DNA from: an uncultured bacterium
Lineage (GTDB): Bacteria; Vulcanimicrobiota; JAJTBE01; CAZSLZ01
Reading direction: 5' to 3'
Length of the DNA: 56,423 bases
Assembly: GCA_964607865.1 (NCBI GenBank)
Contig: CAZSLZ010000002.1
Span: forward strand, 1 to 56,423
The translations under genes were made by a program, and so were the position numbers. Position 1 is the stretch's first letter; each line of letters starts with the position of its first letter. The notes below the pieces were generated by a model. That model worked only from the letters and a program-made list of their open reading frames with translations, was not told the origin of the DNA and did no database searches. Positions 31,944 through 41,313 of the stretch are shown here, piece after piece.

Positions 31944-32426
31944 TTACTGTAACACTGACGGCAGCCACCCGCTCATTCTGGGGTCGCAGGTTTCACAGCT
32001 TTTTTCACAGTAGGAAACACAGCCACCATTACAGGCACAGGGGCCCGGGTCAGTAGAAGTTTCAATCAGATGGGCAATAATCTGGGTATGGCCCCCACCC
32101 TGGCAGAAAACCCCTTTTGCCCGATGAGGGTGAAAATGCGCGGAATAAATGTCTCCACTGGCAGGACAGGTAGGAATTGTTGCTATATAATCTGGATATA
32201 ATGGCGATGTGGATAATACTTCGTGCCAGTCAAAATCGTTTATAGGATGGTCTGCTTCATACATGGTCATTGATATGTAAATTGATTTGATATTTTCCAT
32301 GCAGGCTGTTAACTGAGCTCTTGCCCGGGCCCTGGCAATATTGGGAATAATAATTGATGCCAGAATTGAAATGATTGCTATCACAATCATCAATTCAATA
32401 AGGGTAAACCCCTTTTTTCTGTTCAT
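31944..32426 (-). CDS. Prepilin-type (type IV pilin / pseudopilin-like) protein with Cys-rich C-terminus
   Basis: The N-terminus MNRKKGFTLIELMIVIAIISILASIIIP is the class III signal/methylation motif (G|FTLIE). The C-terminal segment GPCACNGGCVSYCEKSCETCDP contains 6 of the protein's 9 Cys. Confidence 0.8.
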   Translation of the reverse strand: MNRKKGFTLIELMIVIAIISILASIIIPNIARARARAQLTACMENIKSIYISMTMYEADHPINDFDWHEVLSTSPLYPDYIATIPTCPASGDIYSAHFHPHRAKGVFCQGGGHTQIIAHLIETSTDPGPCACNGGCVSYCEKSCETCDPRMSGWLPSVLQ

Positions 32427-32493
32427 AATTTCACCTCCTTATTTTAATTATACTCATATTTTTTTATTTTTCAAGGTATTTGCCATGGAATTT

Positions 32494-32514
32494 CAGAAAT
32501 ATTTCTGTTATAAT
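32494..32514 (+). promoter_or_regulatory. Extended -10 promoter candidate (TGtTATAAT) overlapped by the perfect 14-bp palindrome CAGAAATATTTCTG
   Basis: The palindrome is at 32494-32507. TG is at 32506-32507 and TATAAT at 32509-32514, about 40 nt upstream of the GTG at 32554. Confidence 0.35.
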
Positions 32515-32553
32515 ATATTGATCCTGCATTGGTTTAACGGGGAGTTGAGAAAA

Positions 32554-33003
32554 GTGAAAAAAGATGAGAAAATTGTTTATGATATGAGCTCTGATGTCCA
32601 GAAATCTTTTGGCAACGAGTATGAAGAGTCTCTGTTCGAATCGGGCAATGCCAAAGCAGACCTGGAACAGGTGAAGGGGTTCAACCTGGGAGGGCTCTTG
32701 CTGTCGGGAATCTGGGCCCTGGGAAACCGTTTATACATAATGGGCTCAGCTATAATGCTCATGTCTATGATTCACTGGGTTTTCTTCATAATTGGCGGTA
32801 TTGTCATGGGGCTTATGGGAAATGAATTTGTGTGGAAAAAAAAGAAGTATGCTTCAGTTCAGGATTTTAAGGATGACCAGAAAAGATGGGCGGTAGGTGG
32901 CATCGCCTTTGCTGTAATTGTAGTTATTATTGCCCTGGTGGTAAACCTTTTTATAAAACCCGTTGTGGGTCCCAATAACGAATTGCAGGAATTGATGAAA
33001 TAG
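32554..33003 (+). CDS. DUF2628-like two-TM membrane protein (paralog 1)
   Basis: I placed the start at the GTG at 32554, which follows GGGGAG. The longer track ORF (from 32341) would overlap the pilin gene and the promoter region. The core GFNLGGLLLSGIWALGN...GLMGNEFVWKKKKYASVQDFKDDQKRW is clearly homologous to the next gene. The DUF2628 assignment is from memory. Confidence 0.6.
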   Translation: MKKDEKIVYDMSSDVQKSFGNEYEESLFESGNAKADLEQVKGFNLGGLLLSGIWALGNRLYIMGSAIMLMSMIHWVFFIIGGIVMGLMGNEFVWKKKKYASVQDFKDDQKRWAVGGIAFAVIVVIIALVVNLFIKPVVGPNNELQELMK

Positions 33004-33015
33004 GGAGGTTCTTTA

Positions 33016-33534
33016 ATGAATTGCACATATTGTGGGTCAGAAAATTCTGATTTGAACAAATTTTGCAACGGTTGCGGCCAGGAATTAACAAAGGGAGATG
33101 AAACCTACAAGCTCGACGTTTCCGAAACCAGTTACCAGGCAACCCAGTCTTTTGATGCAAACCTGAAGAGAAAATCTTATGATCTGTTAGGAGATAGTTT
33201 TCCCTCGGGTAATGATTCCAATAAACTTGTTCAGGTATGCGGCTGGAACTGGGGAGCCTTTGTATTCAGCTGGCTGTGGGCCGCAGGAAACGGAATGCTG
33301 GATATTGCGCTGGTTTCCTTTCTGGCAATTCTCATTATTCCCCTGGGGTTTCTTGTTGTACCGGTTCTTCTGGGGTTGAAGGGTAATGAACTGTTATGGA
33401 AGAAAGTTAGTTATAATAGTGTTGAGGAACTTAAGGAAAAACAGCGAAAATGGAGGTTGGCGGCAATCATCATGTTTATGTTCTTTATGCTTTCATTTGC
33501 CGCAATGATATTTTTCTCTGCTACAACCCGGTAA
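33016..33534 (+). CDS. Zinc-ribbon plus DUF2628-like two-TM membrane protein (paralog 2)
   Basis: It has an N-terminal zinc ribbon (CTYCGSENSDLNKFCNGCG). The core is CGWNWGAFVFSWLWAAGN...GLKGNELLWKKVSYNSVEELKEKQRKW. Confidence 0.7.
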   Translation: MNCTYCGSENSDLNKFCNGCGQELTKGDETYKLDVSETSYQATQSFDANLKRKSYDLLGDSFPSGNDSNKLVQVCGWNWGAFVFSWLWAAGNGMLDIALVSFLAILIIPLGFLVVPVLLGLKGNELLWKKVSYNSVEELKEKQRKWRLAAIIMFMFFMLSFAAMIFFSATTR

Positions 33535-33538
33535 AGGA

Positions 33539-34879
33539 GTGGTTAAACTGGCTCTCTCAGGAATGCAAATTTTCAATTTATTACCAAAAACCAATTGTAA
33601 GGATTGCGGTTCGCCTTCCTGCCTTACTTTCGCCATGAAAGTCGCTGCAGGCAAAGCTGGTTTTGAGCAATGTCCACATTTGAGTGAGGAATCAAGGCAG
33701 AAACTGGAAGAATTAATGGAGCCGCCTATTGTTGAAATCAAATTGCAGAAAGCAGATAAATCATTGACACTGGGCGGGGAAAAAGTTATATACCGCCATG
33801 ATGAGAGCTTCTACAACCCAACTGCCCTGGCCGTGGAAATTACTCCCGATACCGCCGATATAAATGCCAGGCTGGATGATATTCAAAAGTTTTCCATGGA
33901 ACGGGTAGGTAAGTCCTTAGATGTTGATATGATTGCCCTGGATATGGAAAAATTTGATAATTCCCTGGATATTCTGGAGATGGTTTATAACAGAGCGACC
34001 CGGCCTTTGTGTATTCGGGCAGTAAAAGATGAACATATAGAAAAAATTATTTCATTGAACAGAAATTCTGAATTCATTTTATGGACAAACCTGGATGAAG
34101 CCAGAAAATTTGTCCAACCAATTAAAGATACCAATATCGCCTTGGCTGTGGAGATTGTAAACACTACCACCATGGGATCCGTGGGTGAGTTTTTCAGAAA
34201 TAACCAAATCAAGAAGGGACTTTTCGGCCTTTCTTCATTTGAAACCATGGAAGACAAGGAACTCTTATACAAGGCCCGGTTCAATGCCCTGGCAAAAAAA
34301 GATAGAAAATTCGGTTTCCCTTCTTTATACTGGAGCCAGAACAGGGAGGAAACCCTTTTTAACGCCACCAAGGCTATTCTGAAGTATGGGGCTGGGGCCA
34401 TAATAAAGGATGAATCACCAGCCAGGCTCATGCCCATTCTTACCCTGCGTCAGGATATTTATACCGATCCCCGCCGTCCCATTCAGGTGGAAGCAAAGCT
34501 TTATCAATTCGGCCAGGTAAATGCAGATTCTCCGGTTATGGTTACCACCAATTTTTCTCTTACTTATTTTACCGTAAGCCAGGAGATAGAAGCTTCCCGG
34601 GTTCCCGCCCACCTGCTGGTGATAGATACCGATGGCACATCAGTCCTTACTGCATGGGCTGCGGATCGTTTCAACCTTAAAACCATTAGAAAAGGGGTTG
34701 AAGAAGCCCTGTTGGAAGAAAGATTGAGCCATAAGGAAATCATTCTGCCCGGTTATGTGGCTGAATTAAAAGAAGATTTTGAAGAAGACGGAAGTTGGAA
34801 GGCTGTGGCCGGCCCCAGGGAAGCTTCCCAGATTCCTGAATTCTTAAAACTTTATAGAACCCGAAGTTTGAAAGTTTAA
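33539..34879 (+). CDS. acsC: Corrinoid iron-sulfur protein large subunit (CO dehydrogenase/acetyl-CoA synthase gamma subunit, AcsC/CdhE type)
   Basis: The N-terminal [4Fe-4S] motif C-x2-C-x4-C-x16-C is present (LPKTNCKDCGSPSCLTFAMKVAAGKAGFEQC). The length of 446 aa matches AcsC. The start is uncertain: the GTG at 33539 directly abuts AAGGAG, and an ATG at 33563 is the alternative. Confidence 0.82.
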   Translation: MVKLALSGMQIFNLLPKTNCKDCGSPSCLTFAMKVAAGKAGFEQCPHLSEESRQKLEELMEPPIVEIKLQKADKSLTLGGEKVIYRHDESFYNPTALAVEITPDTADINARLDDIQKFSMERVGKSLDVDMIALDMEKFDNSLDILEMVYNRATRPLCIRAVKDEHIEKIISLNRNSEFILWTNLDEARKFVQPIKDTNIALAVEIVNTTTMGSVGEFFRNNQIKKGLFGLSSFETMEDKELLYKARFNALAKKDRKFGFPSLYWSQNREETLFNATKAILKYGAGAIIKDESPARLMPILTLRQDIYTDPRRPIQVEAKLYQFGQVNADSPVMVTTNFSLTYFTVSQEIEASRVPAHLLVIDTDGTSVLTAWAADRFNLKTIRKGVEEALLEERLSHKEIILPGYVAELKEDFEEDGSWKAVAGPREASQIPEFLKLYRTRSLKV

Positions 34880-34898
34880 CCGGGTATGAGGATTATTA

Positions 34899-36818
34899 AT
34901 GGACCTGTTGGCAAACACCAGAATCAATGAAAGAACTGAAAAATACAGGGTAACTTTCCTGCCCCAGGAAAAAGTTGCCGAAGTCACTTCCAATATGAGT
35001 TTGCTGGAAGCAGCGCGCCAGGTTAATATTCCCCTTGTTGCTGAATGTGGCGGTGTGGGAGTGTGCGGAAGCTGTAAGTTGAAACTGTTGGAAGGAAAGA
35101 TTAAATCAGAGGAACTCTTTGTGTTATCTGAAGAGGAAAGTCAGCAGGGATATATCCTGGCTTGTTCTTCCTTTCCCACCTCGGATATTGTGGTGGAAAT
35201 ACCCGGCGCCAGTATTCCCCTGGGGGTACAGACTGCGTCGGCCCCTTTCAATACTATTGATGAAAAGAAGTTTCAATACGAATTCAGCTCCCTGGTAGAG
35301 AAATATTATCTTGAGATGGAACTCCGAACCGTAAATGATGGGCTCAACGAGATGGACAGGGTATTGAAGTTGCTGAAATTAAAAACCGGAACTGAAAAAA
35401 TCGATTTCAATTATAATTCATTACAGCAGTTTTCAAGTTTACTTTCTCAGGCCGGCGGCAAAATCACCCTGACTGTTTCCAGGGCAAGAAAAAATGCCGA
35501 GGTTATAGCAGTGGAAGAGGGAGATACAACCGGCGCAAATTATGGAATTGTAATCGATATTGGAACCACCACTGTAGAGGGTATGATGGTGGAGGTTCCC
35601 ACGGGCAAGGTTTTACTCCATACTTCTTTTGTGAATCCTCAGTTAAAATATGGCCAGGATATAATTTCCAGGATGATTTTCGCCGGCAGAGATAAAGGCC
35701 TGCTGATATTGAACGATATCATCAGTGATAGGATTAACGAAATTCTTGTTCAGCTCACCTGTGAAACAGGTATTTCCAAGGAGAAAGTCTATTCCATAGT
35801 TCTTTCCGGCAACCTGGTTATGATGTATTTGTTTCTGGGTTTCAATACCGATTCGTTGCATAAGGACCCTCACATTCCCACCATACTTAATTTTCCGGTG
35901 ATGAATGCCCGTGAATTGAACCTGTATGCCAATTCCAGGGCTGTGGTCTATACACCCCCGGCTCTGGGGGCTTTTGTGGGCAGCGATCTAATTTCCTCCC
36001 TCATTGCTACCGGTATGCCCGATGAAAATTTTTTTCTGGTAGATATTGGTACTAATGGTGAAGTGGCGGCAAAATTTGAAGATGCCGTAAGTTGCGCCTC
36101 CACCTCGGCAGGGCCGGCCTTCGAGGGCGGAGGTATCAAGCACGGTATGAGGGCGACTAGTGGGGCAATTAACCGGGTTGAATACAGCCAGGCCCATAAT
36201 GATTTCACCATCGGTACCATAGGAAACACCCACCCCAGGGGCATATGCGGGACGGGAATGGTAGATTTACTTTCTAACCTGCTTTTATCCGGGTATATCG
36301 ACAAAAAGGGCAAATTCCAGCGCAGAAGATCTACTTCCCGGATAAGGACCGAAAACGGGACGGAAGAATTTGTAGTTACTGTTTCACCGGCAGAAGAAAA
36401 AGTGATTTCTATTACAGAACAGGACATTGATTATATTATAAAATCCAAGGGAGCCATCTATACGGGATACCGTTTTTTAATGGAACAATTCGGTATGAAG
36501 GGAGAAGACCTGGACAGCTATTACATAGCTGGGGCGCTGGGAAGTACCCTTAATATTGAAAACGGCATACGTATAGGCCTGTTTCCTGATATTGACAGAA
36601 ACAAGTTTAAATATATCGGAAACGGAGCTCTTTACGGAGGTTGGAATATTTTGCTATCGGGCCGGGCACGGGCAAAAGCTGAGGAAATTGCAAATAAGGC
36701 AGTCTATTTCGATTTGAGTAATGAGCCTGCTTATATGAATGATTACAGTTCTTCATTATTTTTACCTCATACCGACCTGGAGCTTTTTCCCTCGGTAGTG
36801 AAGTTGTTTAAGGAATAA
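34899..36818 (+). CDS. Reductive activator of corrinoid Fe-S protein (RACo-type: 2Fe-2S ferredoxin domain plus ASKHA ATPase domain)
   Basis: It has an N-terminal plant-type ferredoxin motif (CGGVGVCGSCKLKLLEG) and ASKHA phosphate motifs (DIGTTTV, DIGTNGE). 639 aa. Confidence 0.82.
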   Translation: MDLLANTRINERTEKYRVTFLPQEKVAEVTSNMSLLEAARQVNIPLVAECGGVGVCGSCKLKLLEGKIKSEELFVLSEEESQQGYILACSSFPTSDIVVEIPGASIPLGVQTASAPFNTIDEKKFQYEFSSLVEKYYLEMELRTVNDGLNEMDRVLKLLKLKTGTEKIDFNYNSLQQFSSLLSQAGGKITLTVSRARKNAEVIAVEEGDTTGANYGIVIDIGTTTVEGMMVEVPTGKVLLHTSFVNPQLKYGQDIISRMIFAGRDKGLLILNDIISDRINEILVQLTCETGISKEKVYSIVLSGNLVMMYLFLGFNTDSLHKDPHIPTILNFPVMNARELNLYANSRAVVYTPPALGAFVGSDLISSLIATGMPDENFFLVDIGTNGEVAAKFEDAVSCASTSAGPAFEGGGIKHGMRATSGAINRVEYSQAHNDFTIGTIGNTHPRGICGTGMVDLLSNLLLSGYIDKKGKFQRRRSTSRIRTENGTEEFVVTVSPAEEKVISITEQDIDYIIKSKGAIYTGYRFLMEQFGMKGEDLDSYYIAGALGSTLNIENGIRIGLFPDIDRNKFKYIGNGALYGGWNILLSGRARAKAEEIANKAVYFDLSNEPAYMNDYSSSLFLPHTDLELFPSVVKLFKE

Positions 36819-36839
36819 CTGAAAACAAGGAGAAAACTT

Positions 36840-37463
36840 ATGATCCGAAAAGCCAAGATACCCGAACCCGCCATAGCCAGGCTTCCCATGTATTTCAAGG
36901 TATTAAACGACCTGAAAAACAATGGCGAAACAATTGTATCATCGGGGAAAATTGCAAAACTATGCCGGGTGAAGGCATCTCAATTTCGCAAGGATATGTC
37001 TTATTTTGGTGAATTCGGCATTCAGGGCCTGGGTTATCCGGTAAGTCAATTATTGAACAAAATTGCCGACATTATGAGGTTGAATATTGAACATAACGTA
37101 ATTCTGGTGGGAGTTGGAAAACTGGGCCAGGCTCTCGCCGAGTACCCCGGTTTTAAGAAATGGGGATTTAATATAAACCATCTTTACGATTCCGACCCTT
37201 CAAAAATCGGAAGTAAAATCAATAATATAGTTGTGAAAGATATTAAAGACCTGCCTTTAAAAATGAATGTTTCCATGGGTATGATAACCGTTCCCGTATC
37301 AGCGGCACAGGACGTGGCTGACAGGCTTGTGGATACAGGGGTGAAATCTCTTCTGAATTTTGCCAGCATTCATCTGAACACGCCCAAAGACGTTGTCGTG
37401 AGAAATGTGGATGTAACCCTGGAGGCGGCAATTCTTACCTTCCAGTTATCATTGATTCAATAG
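36840..37463 (+). CDS. rex: Redox-sensing transcriptional repressor Rex
   Basis: It has a winged-helix N-terminus (IPEPAIARLPMYFKVL...), a Rossmann motif (ILVGVGKLGQAL), and a length of 207 aa. Confidence 0.9.
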   Translation: MIRKAKIPEPAIARLPMYFKVLNDLKNNGETIVSSGKIAKLCRVKASQFRKDMSYFGEFGIQGLGYPVSQLLNKIADIMRLNIEHNVILVGVGKLGQALAEYPGFKKWGFNINHLYDSDPSKIGSKINNIVVKDIKDLPLKMNVSMGMITVPVSAAQDVADRLVDTGVKSLLNFASIHLNTPKDVVVRNVDVTLEAAILTFQLSLIQ

Positions 37464-37508
37464 CTTAACCGAAGAGAATACTGTTTCTGATTTTTTTTTA
37501 AGTTTCAT

Positions 37509-38420
37509 TCAGATATAACTTAAATTTTCATCCAGAAAAATTACTTCTTCTTCCAATTCAATGCCAAATTCCTGTTTTACCTTATTCTTTAAGATTTTCG
37601 CCAGTTCTTTAATTTCAGTAGCTGTAGCTCCGCCGGGGTTAGTCAGAAAATTGGCATGGCCGGGAAAAACCCTGGCCTTTCCAAGGCGCATTTTTCTGGC
37701 GCCCACCCTGTCCAGTAGCAAACCGGCAGCTACCCGGCGCTGGCCCGGTTTTTCAGGGTCTATATTCTTAAAATAACTGCCGGCGCAACCCCATGTTTTA
37801 TCGGGATGTTTTCTGCAGCGCTCTTCAATAAGCCGGTTCATCTGTCTTTTAATATCATCGGGCTTGCCACGCCCTAAAGAAAAAGTACAATCCAGGACAA
37901 TTTCCCGTTTTCTTTTTATTTGGCTCCAACGATATGAAAAATTAAAATATTCATTTTTTACTTTTTTAACATTGCCGTTGTAATCCATAAGTGTAGCTTC
38001 AGTCAGGAAATCGCCCAGGGCTTTTCCATAAGCCCCCGCATTGCCGAATACGGCCCCTCCCAGTGTTCCTGGAATTCCAGCGGCAAATTCCAGGCCCGAT
38101 AAACCCCGGTTGGCGGCAAATTGCAGTAACCGGCATAATTTTTCTCCGGCGCGGGCAGTAAGGTTGTTTTTTCTAACCCTTATGCCTTTGAGGGAATTTC
38201 TGATTACCAGCCCCCTTATTCCCCGGTCATCAATAAGAAGGTTACTGCCGCCGCCTATAACAATGAAGGGAAGATTCCTGCTCCGGGCAAATTTTATCCC
38301 GCAAATTAAACTCTTTACCGAGCGGGCATTAATAAAAAAATCAGCAGGCCCACCTATTCCAAAGGTGGTATAACTGCTTAACCTTACATTGGTTTTTAAG
38401 ATTTCTTCGAGGGAACTCAT
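37509..38420 (-). CDS. murB: UDP-N-acetylenolpyruvoylglucosamine reductase
   Basis: It has an FAD-binding domain (YTTFGIGGPADFF, VIGGGSNLL) and the C-terminal MurB domain. I placed the start at the ATG at 38420 (MSSLEEILK), 2 nt after the upstream gene's stop. The track start would overlap that gene. Confidence 0.9.
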   Translation of the reverse strand: MSSLEEILKTNVRLSSYTTFGIGGPADFFINARSVKSLICGIKFARSRNLPFIVIGGGSNLLIDDRGIRGLVIRNSLKGIRVRKNNLTARAGEKLCRLLQFAANRGLSGLEFAAGIPGTLGGAVFGNAGAYGKALGDFLTEATLMDYNGNVKKVKNEYFNFSYRWSQIKRKREIVLDCTFSLGRGKPDDIKRQMNRLIEERCRKHPDKTWGCAGSYFKNIDPEKPGQRRVAAGLLLDRVGARKMRLGKARVFPGHANFLTNPGGATATEIKELAKILKNKVKQEFGIELEEEVIFLDENLSYI

Positions 38421-38422
38421 GT

Positions 38423-38950
38423 TTATGACATTAATTGATCCATATTCAGGTCGGCTATCTCCACCCATAATTCAGTCTCCTGAATACTGTTCTTCTGGGC
38501 GTTAAGAATATCCCAGTGAGCCCGTTCCATATCTGCCAGGTATAAGAACAGGGCTTTGGCGGTCTTGTCTTCTATCTGATCTGCAAGGCTGCTGTATAAC
38601 CTTCGGGCTCTTTCTTCAGATTCCAGGGCCATCTCCAGGGCTTCAACCTGGTTAATTCCCGATATGCCCCTGGGAAGGTTGTCAACATCTTTAAGTTTGG
38701 GCAGAATCTTCTTTATTGTCGAGGGCTTCACCGACATTTCCTTCCATCTTGCGCAACTGGTAAAATTCTGCAATTGTTCTTCCAGAATCAACATATGATC
38801 TACTTCATCCCTGGCCAGCAAAATAAACATATTTTTGCCGGTTATATCTTCAGTTGCCCGGGCATAATCCAGATAAGTTTTTATGCCTTCCTTTTCCAAC
38901 CTTATAGCTGAATTCAGAGCGCCGGTAATTTGATCTTTGGGTTGTGGCAT
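38423..38950 (-). CDS. Rubrerythrin/ferritin-like four-helix-bundle protein
   Basis: It has the paired motifs EKEGIKTY...ARDEVDHMLILEE and ESEERARRLY...DMERAHWDIL (E...ExxH, twice). 175 aa. Confidence 0.7.
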   Translation of the reverse strand: MPQPKDQITGALNSAIRLEKEGIKTYLDYARATEDITGKNMFILLARDEVDHMLILEEQLQNFTSCARWKEMSVKPSTIKKILPKLKDVDNLPRGISGINQVEALEMALESEERARRLYSSLADQIEDKTAKALFLYLADMERAHWDILNAQKNSIQETELWVEIADLNMDQLMS

Positions 38951-39140
38951 TTTATCCCTCCGTTATAATATTCTATTGCATTATTAATCTATCCTTAGAG
39001 TTTTCCTTCATTCTCTACAGGCTTTCATTCACATGTTTTTTTTGTTACTGGTTAAAAACTGGAGGAAGTAATGGTTAATTTAAGAATAATAATATTTAAA
39101 TAGCGTTTAAGAATATAGTTAGTTCTGGAGATGATTATTG

Positions 39141-41249
39141 ATGCATTGTCCGAAGTGTGGAGCCCCGAGCAGAGAAACCAGTTTCTTCTGTGAAATCTGC
39201 GGCAATTCCCTGAAACCGCAGACTGATTCTTTTGCGGGGCACGGCAATATTAACAACAATTCCCCTGGTAACAGGAATATTAATAAAACTCTGGCCAATC
39301 GATACAAGGTTATTGAAGTTCTGGGCAGTGGCAGTATGGGAGCTGTTTATAAGGTTCTGGATACCCGGCTCAATAAGGAGTTTGCTTTAAAGGAAATGAT
39401 TATCAACTCCGATAACCCTGAACAGCAGAAGATTTTTGAGAACTGGTTCTTCAGGGAAGCCCGGATCCTGTGCAAGTTACGACACCCAAATATACCTGTG
39501 GTTATTGATTTTTTCACCGAAGAATCTAAATTTTACATGGTTATGGATTATATCAAGGGCAGAAATCTGGCGGAAGAACCCCTGCCCAGGCCTGCCAGCT
39601 GGGTGAAACAGTTTGCCCTTATAGCTTTGGGCATACTGAGTTATTTACATAATAACAGCGTCATTCACCGGGATATTAAAACCAATCATTTTATAATTGA
39701 GGAAAATACCGAAAAGATTTTTCTGGTGGATTTCGGGACGGCAAGAATTTTCGCGCCCAGAGAAACCCAGACTGCCATAGGCACCCCGGGTTTTTCTCCA
39801 CCGGAACAATATGAGGGCAAGGCGGATAAAAGGTCGGATTTATATTCTTTGGCAGCAGTTCTGCACCATCTGATAACCGGCCAAGATCCCCGCAACCGGG
39901 CGCCGTTCCAGTTTAACCCTCTGGAAGAATTGGTTCCGGGCGCTCCCATTCAACTATGCCAGGTAATTAACAAGGCCCTTAGTTACCAGGTTTCCCAGAG
40001 ATACGGAGGCGCTGATGAAATGATGCTTTATCTGGAAAAAGTTGACATGGAGATAAAACACCAGGCTGAAATCAGGCAGAAGATTCAACAAAGCCGGAAG
40101 ATGATTTCACCAGCTTCATCGGCGAAAAAGGCCAGTACCCTGATTTTCCCCGAGGAACCTACTTATGACAATTATCAGAGTATTAACCGCGCCACCAAAT
40201 TCAAGGGAATTGAAAATCAGGATCTTATAACTACCGGTGCCACCAAGGGGGTTTACCGTAAACTCCAGGCCTCTGCCGGGGAATGGATATCAAATATCGA
40301 ATTCATTGCCCACAGCAACCTGCTGGCAGCCTCTTTTTTCCAGGGAGACATTATTCTGTGGGATATTGACAGTGGAAAGGAATTTACCACCCTGAAGCAG
40401 TCATCACCGTCAGGTATTTGCAATGCCCTGTCTGCCTCCCCCAACGGCCAGCTTATTGTACAGGGGATTGATAATGGACGGATTTACATTTGGGATGTTT
40501 TGAGAAAACAGAAAATCAGCGGTATTGAAGCCCACAGCAAGGGTATAATCAATTTGAAATTCCTTGACAACAACCATTTTGCATCCAGCTCGGGTGACGG
40601 GACCATAAAAATCTGGGATGCTGTCACTTTGAGAAGCCTGAAAACCCTCAGCGGCCAGAACACCATAGTGGAATCTATTGCCCTGATGGGTAAACTCAAT
40701 ATTATTATTGGAGGCACTGCAAACGGAGATATTCTTCTATGGGATTTTGACAAGTCGTCACCCAATCCCCGGCAGTTGTCCACCAAAATTGTAACAGAAA
40801 AAGACCAGGAGCTTTCCGGCCAGACTATTGTTAATATGGCGGTAAACCATTTTCTTAAAATCGATTTTGAAGAAAAAGCACCCAGCCATAGAGGCAGAAT
40901 AACCAAATTGGCGGTTTATCCCAGAGAAAATATGTTTCTCACCGGCGGTGAGGACGGATTTGCAAAACTATGGAAAATTGATACCAGAATTGAACTGGTC
41001 ATTAAGCCGTATGAATCTCTGGAGGCTCACCAGGGCCCCGTTACATCGGTGGCATTTTCGCCGAAAACCAATATTTTTGTAACGGGAGGCCAGGATACCA
41101 AGGTGAAATTATGGAGCACTACATCAGCCCGCCCTATACTGGTGGCTGACAATTTTCAAGATCCCATAACCGATGTGGATTTTTCCCCTAACGGAAATTA
41201 TTTTGCTGCCGCCTCGGAAGTAGGAACTGTAATGGTATGGAAAATATAA
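39141..41249 (+). CDS. Ser/Thr protein kinase with N-terminal zinc ribbon and C-terminal WD40 repeats
   Basis: The zinc ribbon is CPKCG...CEICG. The kinase motifs are GSGSMGAVYK, HRDIKTNHF, VDFGTAR and GTPGFSPPE. WD repeats end in IKIWD, KLWK, KLWS and MVWKI. I chose the ATG at 39141. Confidence 0.9.
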   Translation: MHCPKCGAPSRETSFFCEICGNSLKPQTDSFAGHGNINNNSPGNRNINKTLANRYKVIEVLGSGSMGAVYKVLDTRLNKEFALKEMIINSDNPEQQKIFENWFFREARILCKLRHPNIPVVIDFFTEESKFYMVMDYIKGRNLAEEPLPRPASWVKQFALIALGILSYLHNNSVIHRDIKTNHFIIEENTEKIFLVDFGTARIFAPRETQTAIGTPGFSPPEQYEGKADKRSDLYSLAAVLHHLITGQDPRNRAPFQFNPLEELVPGAPIQLCQVINKALSYQVSQRYGGADEMMLYLEKVDMEIKHQAEIRQKIQQSRKMISPASSAKKASTLIFPEEPTYDNYQSINRATKFKGIENQDLITTGATKGVYRKLQASAGEWISNIEFIAHSNLLAASFFQGDIILWDIDSGKEFTTLKQSSPSGICNALSASPNGQLIVQGIDNGRIYIWDVLRKQKISGIEAHSKGIINLKFLDNNHFASSSGDGTIKIWDAVTLRSLKTLSGQNTIVESIALMGKLNIIIGGTANGDILLWDFDKSSPNPRQLSTKIVTEKDQELSGQTIVNMAVNHFLKIDFEEKAPSHRGRITKLAVYPRENMFLTGGEDGFAKLWKIDTRIELVIKPYESLEAHQGPVTSVAFSPKTNIFVTGGQDTKVKLWSTTSARPILVADNFQDPITDVDFSPNGNYFAAASEVGTVMVWKI

Positions 41250-41313
41250 ATCATGAAAAGATATGTTTAAAAACTACTGTTAGTATGCCCACTTTTTAGA
41301 ATAAGGATTTTGG

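Noticed and set aside
32341-32553. The N-terminal 71 codons of the 220-aa ORF 32341..33003.
   Set aside because: They overlap the pilin gene's 5' end on the opposite strand and the AT-rich promoter region. The paralog alignment starts downstream, and the GTG at 32554 has an RBS.
33985-34437. Long antisense ORFs lie inside well-supported genes: 33985..34437 in acsC, 35948..36427 in the RACo gene, 40484..40906 in the kinase gene, 6007..6480 in the histidine kinase gene, and 31440..31931 over the pseudogene.
   Set aside because: None has an RBS or a recognisable domain, and each is fully embedded in a gene with strong motif support on the other strand.
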